Shown here: piece by piece, positions 9,483 to 18,163 of the stretch
Layout of the letters: every line of letters starts with the position of its first letter
Numbering within the stretch: position 1 is the stretch's first letter
Assembly (NCBI GenBank): GCA_002727315.1
Contig: PBWR01000011.1
Location: forward strand, 766-64,765
Origin: Alphaproteobacteria bacterium
GTDB taxonomy: Bacteria; Pseudomonadota; Alphaproteobacteria; UBA6615
Direction: 5' to 3'
Length of the DNA: 64,000 bases
Made by a program: the position numbers and the translations under genes
The notes under the pieces: generated by a model
Databases searched by the model: none
Told to the model about the DNA's origin: nothing
The model's input: the letters and a program-made list of their open reading frames with translations, nothing else

Positions 9483-10409
9483 TTAATCCTTCGCGAAGCA
9501 GCCCCTGAGTGCATCGGCGACCTGTGCAACCGCGACATTGCCCTGATCGCAGAAGCCACCCATGTTGAAGAAGCCGTGCACGACCCCGTCATACAGGTGG
9601 TACCGGACCGGGACCCCTGCATTGCGGAGTTTCGAGGCATATGCCTTGCCTTCGTCGCGGAGCGGATCAATCTGGGCCGCGATCACGACCGCCGGGGCCA
9701 GGTCCGCGACGTCCGGCTCCAGGATGGGGGACGCCCGCGGGTCAAGCCGATTGTCGCCCACATGCATGCCGATCACCCATTGCAGGGTTCGGTCATCGAG
9801 GAACATGGTCTCCTCGATCCGGCTCGGCGGCAAGCCGCCCATATCGGTCATCGGGTAGATCAGGACTTGCAAGAGCGGTTGGGCTGCGCCGTTGCGCTTG
9901 GCTTCCTGGGCGACGGTCGCGGTTAGATATCCGCCGCCACTGTCCCCGGCGATCGCGATCCGGGCGGGGTCGCCGCCGATGTCGCCGGCATTGGCCTGCA
10001 GCCAGGTGTAGGTCGCGAAGCAATCTTCCAGCGGGGCGGGAAAGGGATTTTCGGGTGCGCGCCGATAGGCGGGAACGACGACGATACAGCCGGCATCCTC
10101 GGCCAGGGCCGTGTTGGTCCCGTCATAATCCTCCGGCGCCATCATGCAGCAGCCGCCCCCGTGAAAATATGCCAATACCGGGAAGGGGCCGTCGCCATTG
10201 GGTGTGTAGACCTTGGCGCGGATGTCGCCGGCCGGGCCAGGGATCTGAATATCCTCGATCTTCGCGAGTTCGCGCGACGGTGGGTTGACCTGCTGCCACA
10301 TCTGGCTGAAGCCATCGCGGGTCGCCTCAAGGCCGAGTTCGACCGGGTGCGGCATGTCCAGTTTGACCAAGCCGTCGATGAATGTCTTGATCTGCGGATC
10401 GATATACAT
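9483..10409 (-). CDS. HSL-family alpha/beta hydrolase (esterase/lactonase)
   Basis: HGGG oxyanion motif, YRRAPENPFPA, GDSGGG nucleophile elbow, DPLRDEG, HGF. Confidence 0.93.
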   Translation of the reverse strand: MYIDPQIKTFIDGLVKLDMPHPVELGLEATRDGFSQMWQQVNPPSRELAKIEDIQIPGPAGDIRAKVYTPNGDGPFPVLAYFHGGGCCMMAPEDYDGTNTALAEDAGCIVVVPAYRRAPENPFPAPLEDCFATYTWLQANAGDIGGDPARIAIAGDSGGGYLTATVAQEAKRNGAAQPLLQVLIYPMTDMGGLPPSRIEETMFLDDRTLQWVIGMHVGDNRLDPRASPILEPDVADLAPAVVIAAQIDPLRDEGKAYASKLRNAGVPVRYHLYDGVVHGFFNMGGFCDQGNVAVAQVADALRGCFAKD

Positions 10410-10556
10410 GGCTCTTCTACCCCTTTGTTTCCCACATTGAAGGCGAGACCGGACACACGCGTCAATGGAAACCCGGCCCGGGTCGGGTCTCTGGTCCGCA
10501 CCTTGAGGCGGTGCTACGCTTTTCGGCAGGGAGCGCGGCCTGCCGCGATAACGCTC

Positions 10557-11630
10557 ATGTCCGACAATCTCAACTTCGGTTTCGTCGTCGCAACGGTAGG
10601 TGGAGACGATCTCGACGATGCCGCCCTGTACCAGGAAGTGATTGCGGATTGCCGGCTCGGTCAGTCATTGGGCTATGACAGCGCCTGGATGCTTGAGCAT
10701 CATTTTTCGGACTATTTCCCGACGCCGAGCCCGCTGGTCTTCATGTCCCATGTCGCGGCCTACTGTCCCGGACTGAGCCTTGGCAGCTCGGTCCTGGTGG
10801 CGCCCTGGTATCAGCCGCTGCGTCTGCTCGGTGAAATCTCCATGCTCAGCAACCTGGTCGACGGCGACCTGTTCATCGGGGTCGGCCGGGGTACGGCGAA
10901 GATGGAATATGACGCCTTTGACGTGAACATGGAGGACGCGCGGGGCCGGTTGCGTGAATGCCTGGAGATTATAGATCTCGGACTGTCGGGAGAGCCGTTC
11001 ACCTATGACGGTGAGCATTTCAAGATCGGCCGTACCATCCAGATTCGGCCGGTGCCGCAACCCGACCGGGTTCACCTGTTCGGCGCCATCGGCAGCCCAG
11101 AAAGCGCGCGCCTGACCGGCGAGATGAAGGTGGCGCCGCTGAATATCTGCCAGTTCCCGTTCCACATTCTCGAGAAGATGTATGCGAGCTGGAACGAAGG
11201 GGCCGCGAATGTCGGTTTTGCCGATGGGGGTCGCCGGCCCGTCGTCGCGCACTGTCTGATGGCCGATACCGACGAGGAAGCCCTTGCCATGGCGCGGACG
11301 CACCTGTCCCGGTTCTTCCGGTTGCAGAGCGTTCACTACGAGGCGGACAGCGAACCGTGGACCGACATCAAGGGCTACGAGCAGTTCAACCGGTATTTCG
11401 GGAATCTGCTCGCCCTGTCGCAGCCGGAGAATATCGACAAGTTTTCGGCCCACAATTTCGTGGGCAGTGCGAAGACCGTTGCAGGCCAGGTCGAGCGCCT
11501 GCACGACATCGGCTTCAACCACATCATAGTGCACCCGGCGACGGTGGGCGTGCCGCGCGAGATCCGGCACGACACGCTGCGCCGTTTCGCTACAAGCGTC
11601 GCACCGGGCTTCTCAGGCGCCTTCGCTTGA
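10557..11630 (+). CDS. Luciferase-like (LLM class) flavin-dependent monooxygenase
   Basis: GYDSAWMLEHHFS, PSP, PLRLLGEISML, GVGRG...EY, RLRE, PFTYDGEHF, FVGS. Confidence 0.9.
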   Translation: MSDNLNFGFVVATVGGDDLDDAALYQEVIADCRLGQSLGYDSAWMLEHHFSDYFPTPSPLVFMSHVAAYCPGLSLGSSVLVAPWYQPLRLLGEISMLSNLVDGDLFIGVGRGTAKMEYDAFDVNMEDARGRLRECLEIIDLGLSGEPFTYDGEHFKIGRTIQIRPVPQPDRVHLFGAIGSPESARLTGEMKVAPLNICQFPFHILEKMYASWNEGAANVGFADGGRRPVVAHCLMADTDEEALAMARTHLSRFFRLQSVHYEADSEPWTDIKGYEQFNRYFGNLLALSQPENIDKFSAHNFVGSAKTVAGQVERLHDIGFNHIIVHPATVGVPREIRHDTLRRFATSVAPGFSGAFA

Positions 11631-11642
11631 TCCGGGCCGATA

Positions 11643-12881
11643 TCAGTAGGGCGTGGCCTCGACCTGGCCCAGGGAATTGATCAGCACGGATTCGCTCGGT
11701 GCGGGCTTGTCGTTGACCCGGTCCAGGCACCAGTCGGCCAGCATCGTGTACCAGTTTTCCCCCAGATAGGCTGCCGATCCGCCGCCGATCGCGTGGCGCT
11801 CGCCTTCGTACATGACGAGCTTCTTCGGCACCGAAAGCTTGTTCACGAAGTCCTCGGAACATTCAATCGGACTGAGCTCCTCGTCCTGTCCGGCCTGGAC
11901 GAGGATGGGACATTTAATCTGGTCGACGATCGGGTCGAGTGAGAACTCGCTGATGAAGTTGTCGAACTCGGCCTCGTCGTCATAGTCGGCCATGAACATG
12001 AACCGGAGCTTGAAGGTCGGCGCAGCCATGTTGAAGATCGTGTAGCAGCCCGGTTCGTGACACACGAAGGACAGGGCTGCCCCTTTCACCTTGTCTCCCA
12101 GCTGGGCGGCGGCCTGTGCACCGAAGAACGATCCGAAGCTGATCCCGAAGATGACCAGGCGGTCTTTGTCGATATTCGGGTGCTGGATCAGCCAGTCGTA
12201 GACGGCCTGGGCCGCCTCCATATGATTGTCCTTGGTGACATAAACGCCGTTGACCGGGCATTCACCCTGGCCGGGCCCGTCATAGACGAAACTCGCCATG
12301 CCGCGTTCGAGCATCTTGTCGCCGTACATGGAGCACATGATCTCCTTCGATCCGTCCATGCCGTCGATCCCGATGGCGCAGGGGAACTTCTCGCCATCCT
12401 TCGGTTCGTGGGGCAGTGCCAGGAAACCCGGCAGGACACCATCGCCAAAGGGGATTTCGACGCGTTCGATCGGGCGCGGCGCAAACTCGATATACTTGTC
12501 GTAGCAATCGACCATGCGCTGGTTGTAGTCCTTGTGCAGATCGTTGGCCTCGAAGATCGGCCAGCGAGCGGCCGAATAGAGCAGTGACGCGATGAAGTAG
12601 CTCTCGCGGGCGGACACCAGACGATCCTCGGCCTCGAAGGCCTTTGCCTTGATTTCGCGCCGCCGGGCCGCGCCGGCAAACTCGCGGTGCATGTCTGCGA
12701 ACTTCTTGGTGCGCATGCCCACCGTGCGGAAATCACCAACGGCGTCGGGCCCACACGGAAACATGGTGTAGCCAAGCCGCGGCTGATCCCACTCCATCCC
12801 GACAGACGAGATGATTGCATCTAGGATCCAGCGCTGTTCGGCAAAGCGCTTCATTTTCTGTTCGGTGAAAGCCCGCATCAT
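11643..12881 (-). CDS. Alpha/beta hydrolase of the 2,6-dihydroxypseudooxynicotine hydrolase (C-C hydrolase)/FrsA-like family
   Basis: ERVEIPF, GMDGSKE, DGPGQGE, GISFG nucleophile, terminal His (ERHAI); RBS GGGGAG before ATG 12881. Confidence 0.85.
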   Translation of the reverse strand: MMRAFTEQKMKRFAEQRWILDAIISSVGMEWDQPRLGYTMFPCGPDAVGDFRTVGMRTKKFADMHREFAGAARRREIKAKAFEAEDRLVSARESYFIASLLYSAARWPIFEANDLHKDYNQRMVDCYDKYIEFAPRPIERVEIPFGDGVLPGFLALPHEPKDGEKFPCAIGIDGMDGSKEIMCSMYGDKMLERGMASFVYDGPGQGECPVNGVYVTKDNHMEAAQAVYDWLIQHPNIDKDRLVIFGISFGSFFGAQAAAQLGDKVKGAALSFVCHEPGCYTIFNMAAPTFKLRFMFMADYDDEAEFDNFISEFSLDPIVDQIKCPILVQAGQDEELSPIECSEDFVNKLSVPKKLVMYEGERHAIGGGSAAYLGENWYTMLADWCLDRVNDKPAPSESVLINSLGQVEATPY

Positions 12882-12972
12882 GGTTCGTCTCCCCAAGAAT
12901 CCATTTTTTGATTATCAGAGAATTATCTCACCACACTGGGCGCGCATTGTCTCGGCGAATTGCGCCGATTGA

Positions 12973-13557
12973 TTATTGGCGAAAGCGTTGCATCAATAAT
13001 CCGGACATGGCGTCGGCTGACGGCCTGCAAGCATTGTTGGGCACCCCGAGATTCTGTCCGACAGCGAAACCATCGAACGCCATGAAGGCGATATGCGCGA
13101 GGCTGCGGATATCGCCTTGTTCGTGCTCGGGTATCTCGAGTGCTTCACCGAGAATCTCCGCAAGCCGCTCTTCACACCATCCGAGCAGTTCCCGGCTGTA
13201 TCCGTCGCTTTCGGATGTGGTGGACAGTGCCTGCATCATGTTGTTCGCGAACCCGTTTCGCTCGGCAGGAAGTTCGCACCACAGGAAACGGAAGATCATC
13301 CGCACGCGCTCCTCGACTTCGGGTATCGAGTGCGCATCGGCTTCCAGGGCATCGAAACGCTGGAGGAGCCATGGGTTGGAGATGGCCCAAAGAATTTCGA
13401 GCTTGGAGGAAAAGTAGACATAGATGTTTGATTTCGAGACACCCGATGCCGCCGCGATGGCCGCCATTGTCGTGCCGACATATCCGTTGTCGGCGAAAAG
13501 ACTTTCTGCGCCCTTCAGAATGTGATCGCGGACTTCTTGTTTCTTAACCTGGGCCAT
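12973..13557 (-). CDS. TetR/AcrR family transcriptional regulator
   Basis: N-terminal HTH: ILKGAESLFADNGYVGTTMAAIAAASGVSKSNIYVYFSSK. Confidence 0.93.
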   Translation of the reverse strand: MAQVKKQEVRDHILKGAESLFADNGYVGTTMAAIAAASGVSKSNIYVYFSSKLEILWAISNPWLLQRFDALEADAHSIPEVEERVRMIFRFLWCELPAERNGFANNMMQALSTTSESDGYSRELLGWCEERLAEILGEALEIPEHEQGDIRSLAHIAFMAFDGFAVGQNLGVPNNACRPSADAMSGLLMQRFRQ

Positions 13558-13559
13558 AA

Positions 13560-13640
13560 AACCGAACTATATTCGTTATTGACTTGCCGACCATATCGAC
13601 TAGCATTACCGCCTACAAACGAAATCCGACATGATCGGGA
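13560..13640. promoter_or_regulatory. Divergent promoter region with three imperfect CCGA...TCG inverted repeats (candidate TetR operators)
   Basis: CCGAACTATATTCG, CCGACCATATCGA and CCGACATGATCGG between the tetR and nicX-like starts; TTGACT lies between the first two repeats. Confidence 0.35.
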
Positions 13641-13667
13641 GTGAAGAGCATGCGAATTCCAGGCGGG

Positions 13668-14732
13668 ATGCGATTTCAGGAGACCAATCCGGGCAAGCTG
13701 ACAGGCTTGTTCATGAAACAGTTCCTTATGTCCAGGGTGACGAAAGGGGAGACCATGGTCCTTCTGTCGGACCTGACGTCGCGTCCGGAATATGTCCAGG
13801 CTGGTTTTGCGGCCGCCGAGGAACTCGGGGCTGATGCCTACGAGATGCGGGTCAACATGGTGCCGTCGTGGACAAAGGTCGGTGTCGATACGATTGGCAA
13901 AACCAATGGCCTGATGGACGCGATGAAGGCGGCCGATATTGTCGTGGCGCTTCATATTCCGTTGTTCACGAGCTGGCTGCGCGAGGTGATGGCAACCGGC
14001 ACCCGGTTCCTGATGATCATCGATGCCCCGGACGACCTGGAGACGCTGCTCGCACCCAAGGGCCTGAAGGAGGCGGTAAAGTACGCAGAGAGCCGCTACC
14101 AACAGACCAAGGAAGTGCGCGTCCTGAGCGATGCCGGCACGGACCTGACCTATTCATGCGGCGAGTATCCGGTGATGAGCCAGTGGGGCTACGCCGACGA
14201 ACCGGGACATTTCGACCAATGGGGTGTTGGCCACATCCATACCTTCCCGAACGAAGGCTCAGCCAACGGCACGGTTGTGATGGCGCCAGGCGATATCATT
14301 ATTCTGCCCTACTGCCGGTACGTGCATGACGAGGTTCGGCTCGAGATTCGCGACGGGTTTATCCGGAAGGTCGAGGGAGGCCTCGATGCCAAGCTCATGC
14401 AGGACTGGCTCGATGACAACAAGGTCGCGGATGACGATCTCGATCCGTATGCGGTATCGCATCTGGGCTGGGGGCTGAACCCGCAGGCCCGCTGGTACAA
14501 CATCGCGCTCAACGGTGACGATCCGGAGCGTTCGCACGCGGCCGCGCGGGTCTTCCCGGGCAATTTCCTGTTCTCGACGGGCCCCAACACCCAGGGTGGT
14601 GGAAGCCGCAACACGAAGGGACACTGCGATGTGCCGATGCGCGATTGCACCGTCATCCTCGACAATGAGGTGGTGATCGAGCGGGGTAAGTTCGTCGACG
14701 AGAAGATGATCGTCGAGCGGGAGATGCGCTGA
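13668..14732 (+). CDS. NicX-like (2,5-dihydroxypyridine 5,6-dioxygenase family) non-heme Fe(II) ring-cleavage dioxygenase, divergent
   Basis: GYADEPG, PNEGSANG, SHLGWGLNPQARW, GNFLFSTGPNT, GHCDVPMRDC match the recalled NicX signature; the His/Ser/His/Asp metal ligands are present. Start may instead be 13650. Confidence 0.85.
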   Translation: MRFQETNPGKLTGLFMKQFLMSRVTKGETMVLLSDLTSRPEYVQAGFAAAEELGADAYEMRVNMVPSWTKVGVDTIGKTNGLMDAMKAADIVVALHIPLFTSWLREVMATGTRFLMIIDAPDDLETLLAPKGLKEAVKYAESRYQQTKEVRVLSDAGTDLTYSCGEYPVMSQWGYADEPGHFDQWGVGHIHTFPNEGSANGTVVMAPGDIIILPYCRYVHDEVRLEIRDGFIRKVEGGLDAKLMQDWLDDNKVADDDLDPYAVSHLGWGLNPQARWYNIALNGDDPERSHAAARVFPGNFLFSTGPNTQGGGSRNTKGHCDVPMRDCTVILDNEVVIERGKFVDEKMIVEREMR

Positions 14733-15568
14733 TGGCCCTGCGCGACCTTGCAGCATATCCGAAACAGGAGCCGTTCTCCGAGATCGGCGCAAAATATCAC
14801 GTCCGTGTGCAGGAGCTGGGCGCCGGAGTAACCGGACAGTCCTTTGCGTATGGTGACGATCCGTACCAGCAAGTTGCGGTGTTTCCGGCAGCCGAGCCAA
14901 ACGCGACCGTGGTTGCATTCATGCATGGCGGCGGCTGGACCAACGGCTACAAGGAGTGGATGGCGTTCATGGCGCCACCGCTGACCGCGGCAGGTATTAC
15001 CTTCGTCAGTATCGGCTACAGGTTGGCGCCCAGTGTCAGCTGGCCGACGGGCATTCAGGATGCGGCCCGGGCCGTGCAGTGGATACACGCCAACATTGCC
15101 GAGCATGGCGGCGACCCGGACCGGATTGTCATTGGCGGCCATTCGGCAGGTGGTCACTATGCTGCCTGGCTGGCGGTACGGTCAGATTGGCAAAGCCCGC
15201 TGGGCCTGCCGGACGATGTGATCAAGGGCGCATTGCCCGTGTCCGGGGTGTTCGACTTCACTGAGGGCAACGGAATGCCCATGCGACCCCGGTTTCTGGG
15301 CGAAGATCCCGACAACGACCGGGATGCCAGCCCGATTCACACGATTTCCCGCACCCCGCCATTCTACCTCTCCTGGGGTGATGCGGACTTTCCCCATCTC
15401 ATCACCCAGGCCGAACAGATGGCGCGAGCGTTGTATAATGCCGGTGGCGACGTCGAAACCCTGGTTTTGGCGGGCTGCGACCATCTGGGCGCGTCCTACG
15501 CCTGCGGCGAGAACGGGGGTGTGTGGATCAGTGGTTTAACCAGCTGGCTGAACAACCACTTTAGATAG
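14732..15568 (+). CDS. Alpha/beta hydrolase, arylformamidase (kynurenine formamidase)-like; candidate deformylase
   Basis: YGDDPYQ, HGGGW, YRLAP, GHSAGG, SGVFD, ASP, CDH; translationally coupled to the nicX-like gene (TGATG). Confidence 0.82.
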   Translation: MALRDLAAYPKQEPFSEIGAKYHVRVQELGAGVTGQSFAYGDDPYQQVAVFPAAEPNATVVAFMHGGGWTNGYKEWMAFMAPPLTAAGITFVSIGYRLAPSVSWPTGIQDAARAVQWIHANIAEHGGDPDRIVIGGHSAGGHYAAWLAVRSDWQSPLGLPDDVIKGALPVSGVFDFTEGNGMPMRPRFLGEDPDNDRDASPIHTISRTPPFYLSWGDADFPHLITQAEQMARALYNAGGDVETLVLAGCDHLGASYACGENGGVWISGLTSWLNNHFR

Positions 15569-15710
15569 ATTGCGGAAATCGCAGGAAAGTACCCGGATAC
15601 CGAACGCCGGGGCATTTCGTTAAGCCTTTTTTAGACCGTCCCTCATAACGTTAACCCTACCTTCCGAGCAATTGGCACCAGTTGTTGCCGATATTTCGGA
15701 AGGGGCAAAC

Positions 15711-16345
15711 GTGGCTCGTTCAATGTTGCGAGCGGTGCAGGAATGGACGGCCTCGAAGCCACGCGCCGCATTCGCAAACTTGAAGACCCCGATCAGTCGA
15801 ACATCTACATCATCGCGATGACGGCGAATGCACTGATCGGAGATCGGGAGACGTGTATTTCAGTGGGAATGAACGACTAACTTCCGAAGCCGATCGACCA
15901 GAACAAACTGCTCGCGGCGCTGGCAAAGGCGGGCGCTGTCGCGCCGACGGTCGCAGAAGACGAGGCCGATATCGTTGAAGACGGTGGGCCGGAATGTTTG
16001 GACCGCATGGTTCTCGACCAGCTCGAGGAGACGATCGGACAGGAAGCCCTCAACGGTATGCTGGCAATGACAGTCGCCGAGGCGCCGGCGACAGTGGCGC
16101 TGATTTCGGCCGTCAACGCGGACGGTGATCTGGAAATGATGCGGCGCGAAGTGCATGACATGAGAAGCAATTTCGGAAGCTACGGTGCCATGCGGCTGTG
16201 CGAACATGCGCGAGCCATCGAAAAAGCCTGCCGTAAGGACAATGCCCGCGAGGCATCCGAACTGGCCGACAGGCTGCCGTAGATCGTGGATCAGACCCTC
16301 GACCTTCTTAAACAACGCCTGCCAGAACTCAAGATCGCCAGCTAA
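15711..16345 (+). pseudogene. Decayed receiver (REC) + Hpt domain signalling gene
   Basis: From ATG 15743: [11 protein letters not shown]...[27 protein letters not shown] (TAA 15878-15880 replaces the usual Tyr). Hpt motif VHDMRSNFGSYGA follows, then a second stop TAG 16280-16282; the frame ends at TAA 16343-16345. An out-of-frame VARSMLRA remnant sits at 15711. Confidence 0.82.
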
Positions 16346-16358
16346 CCCGGGTATACGC

Positions 16359-17015
16359 TCACGTTGCCAGCAGTTCGGGCATCACGTCCTCGACGGCGTC
16401 GCGCACAATGCCTGCCGCCGTCTCTGCCAGAAATCGAATGTCGTCCCTGTCGCTTGCTAGGCTGGACAGCCAGTGCAGGTGGGCAAGGGCATATCCCTCT
16501 CCGACATTGGCCCATATGTCGTCCGGCTCCAGGTCCTCGTCGTTCAGGTCACACACGCGCATGGCGAAAGGTGGCGGGCCGAGATGGACGACCCAGGGAA
16601 CATCGTCGATCGCACCTGTTTCCGAATCATGGAGCGCGCCCACCACGAATCCGACGGGGACGTCTTCGGGCTGAAGTTCGGCCGATGACGGCGAGAAAGG
16701 CCGGTTCGTCAAGGCGAGACGCTGTTTGAGGTCGTCGTCGTGAACGCAATTGATGGCCAGCGCGACGAGCTGTGCGACTTCGCGAGGGTCGACCGGCCGT
16801 GGTTCCATGAAAATCAGATTGCCGACGGCGAAGCGCCCATCGTCTTCGAGCGGAAAGTACAGATCCGTCAATTCCCCGGTGGGGATCAGGTCCTCCGGGC
16901 GATGGATCACGCGGAGGAAAAACGTGGGCTCCTCGATGTGAACCAGCCAGACATCATCGCCATCTTCGGCGAACTCCGGCCAACCGAACAATCGTCCTGC
17001 AATAAACCGCGCCAT
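16359..17015 (-). CDS. Acidic hypothetical protein with two internal repeats
   Basis: 218-aa ORF from ATG 17015; repeated motif WLVHIEEPTFFLRV / WVVHLGPPPFAMRV. Confidence 0.75.
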   Translation of the reverse strand: MARFIAGRLFGWPEFAEDGDDVWLVHIEEPTFFLRVIHRPEDLIPTGELTDLYFPLEDDGRFAVGNLIFMEPRPVDPREVAQLVALAINCVHDDDLKQRLALTNRPFSPSSAELQPEDVPVGFVVGALHDSETGAIDDVPWVVHLGPPPFAMRVCDLNDEDLEPDDIWANVGEGYALAHLHWLSSLASDRDDIRFLAETAAGIVRDAVEDVMPELLAT

Positions 17016-17125
17016 TCTGTCTGGGTGCCAGATGGCAGGATGAGACGCAAGCGAAACAGGGCTTGCGTCATTCATGCGGATTCGATACCCGCGTAGACAA
17101 CAAGCAAAAAGGGGGAGAGACAGTC

Positions 17126-18163
17126 ATGAAAGCGCAAGTTCTGCACAAGGCGGGTGAACCGTTCTCGTACGAAGATGTTCCCGACCCGAAGCCGGGCCCC
17201 GGTGAGGCCGTTGCACGTGTGCTGGCTTGCGGTTCGGGCCTGACGATCCACCATGTGCGCGCGGGGCGTGCGGCGGCGGAATTCCCGATCATTATCGGAC
17301 ACGAAATCACCGGCGAGATCGTCGAGGTGGGATCCGGTGGTGAGACCGGCGGCCTGCAAGTCGGCGATCCAGTGACATCCTACTTCTATCTGACCGACGG
17401 CGAGGACAAGTGGACCCGGCTTGGCCACGATCCCGTTTCAGCCCACAACGCGGGCTATATCGGCCGACAGATGGATGGCGGCTACGCGGAATACATCAAG
17501 CTGCCGGTCCGCAACTTCATCAAGTTGCCCGAGGCGCTCGACTGGAAGGGCAAGCCGGCCGATGTGGGCGTGATCACGGATGCGATCGCCACGCCGTACA
17601 AGGTGTTGACGCGCGCGCGCGTCACTCCGACCGACACCGTTGCGGTGTTCGGTGCCGGCGGCGGGTTGGGCGTGCATCAGGTCATGATGGCGAAATGGGC
17701 TCACGCCCGCGTCATCGCCGTCGACGTGATGGCCGATAAGCTCAAGGTTTGCCAGGACCTGGGTGCGGACATGGTCGTCGACGCTTCGAACGACCGCGTC
17801 GTTGAGGAGATTATGGATTTGACCGATGGGGCCGGGGTCGATGTGGCGGTCGATTATGTCTCGACCCAGTCAACCCAGGAGCAGGCAGTCGGAAGCCTCG
17901 GGGTCCATGGGCGGTTCGTCACGCTCGGCGGCGCCTGCCAGCCCTTCATGGCGCCGGCGCCCCACATGCTGGCCAAGGAGCTTGAACTGCTGGGCAGCCG
18001 CTATTGCACGCGCCAACAAGTCGTTGAATCGCTTGAGTTGTGCGCACGCGGCGAGGTCTGGCCTTTGGTGACCGAGACCTACAAGCTGGAAGACGCCGAG
18101 ACCGCACACACCCGGCTCGACCAGGGGCTGGTCACCGGGCGCGCCGCACTCGTCATGGACTAG
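17126..18163 (+). CDS. MDR-superfamily alcohol dehydrogenase-like protein with atypical zinc ligands
   Basis: GHEITGEIVEVG, VGDPV, DGGYAEY, GAGGGLG Rossmann motif; RBS GGGGGAG. Confidence 0.9.
   Translation: MKAQVLHKAGEPFSYEDVPDPKPGPGEAVARVLACGSGLTIHHVRAGRAAAEFPIIIGHEITGEIVEVGSGGETGGLQVGDPVTSYFYLTDGEDKWTRLGHDPVSAHNAGYIGRQMDGGYAEYIKLPVRNFIKLPEALDWKGKPADVGVITDAIATPYKVLTRARVTPTDTVAVFGAGGGLGVHQVMMAKWAHARVIAVDVMADKLKVCQDLGADMVVDASNDRVVEEIMDLTDGAGVDVAVDYVSTQSTQEQAVGSLGVHGRFVTLGGACQPFMAPAPHMLAKELELLGSRYCTRQQVVESLELCARGEVWPLVTETYKLEDAETAHTRLDQGLVTGRAALVMD

Noticed and set aside
13668-14732. Annotation as a leucyl aminopeptidase (M29)
   Set aside because: It shares the fold, but the GYADEPG, SHxGWG, GNFLFSTGPNT and HxDxP motifs are those of the NicX dioxygenase branch.
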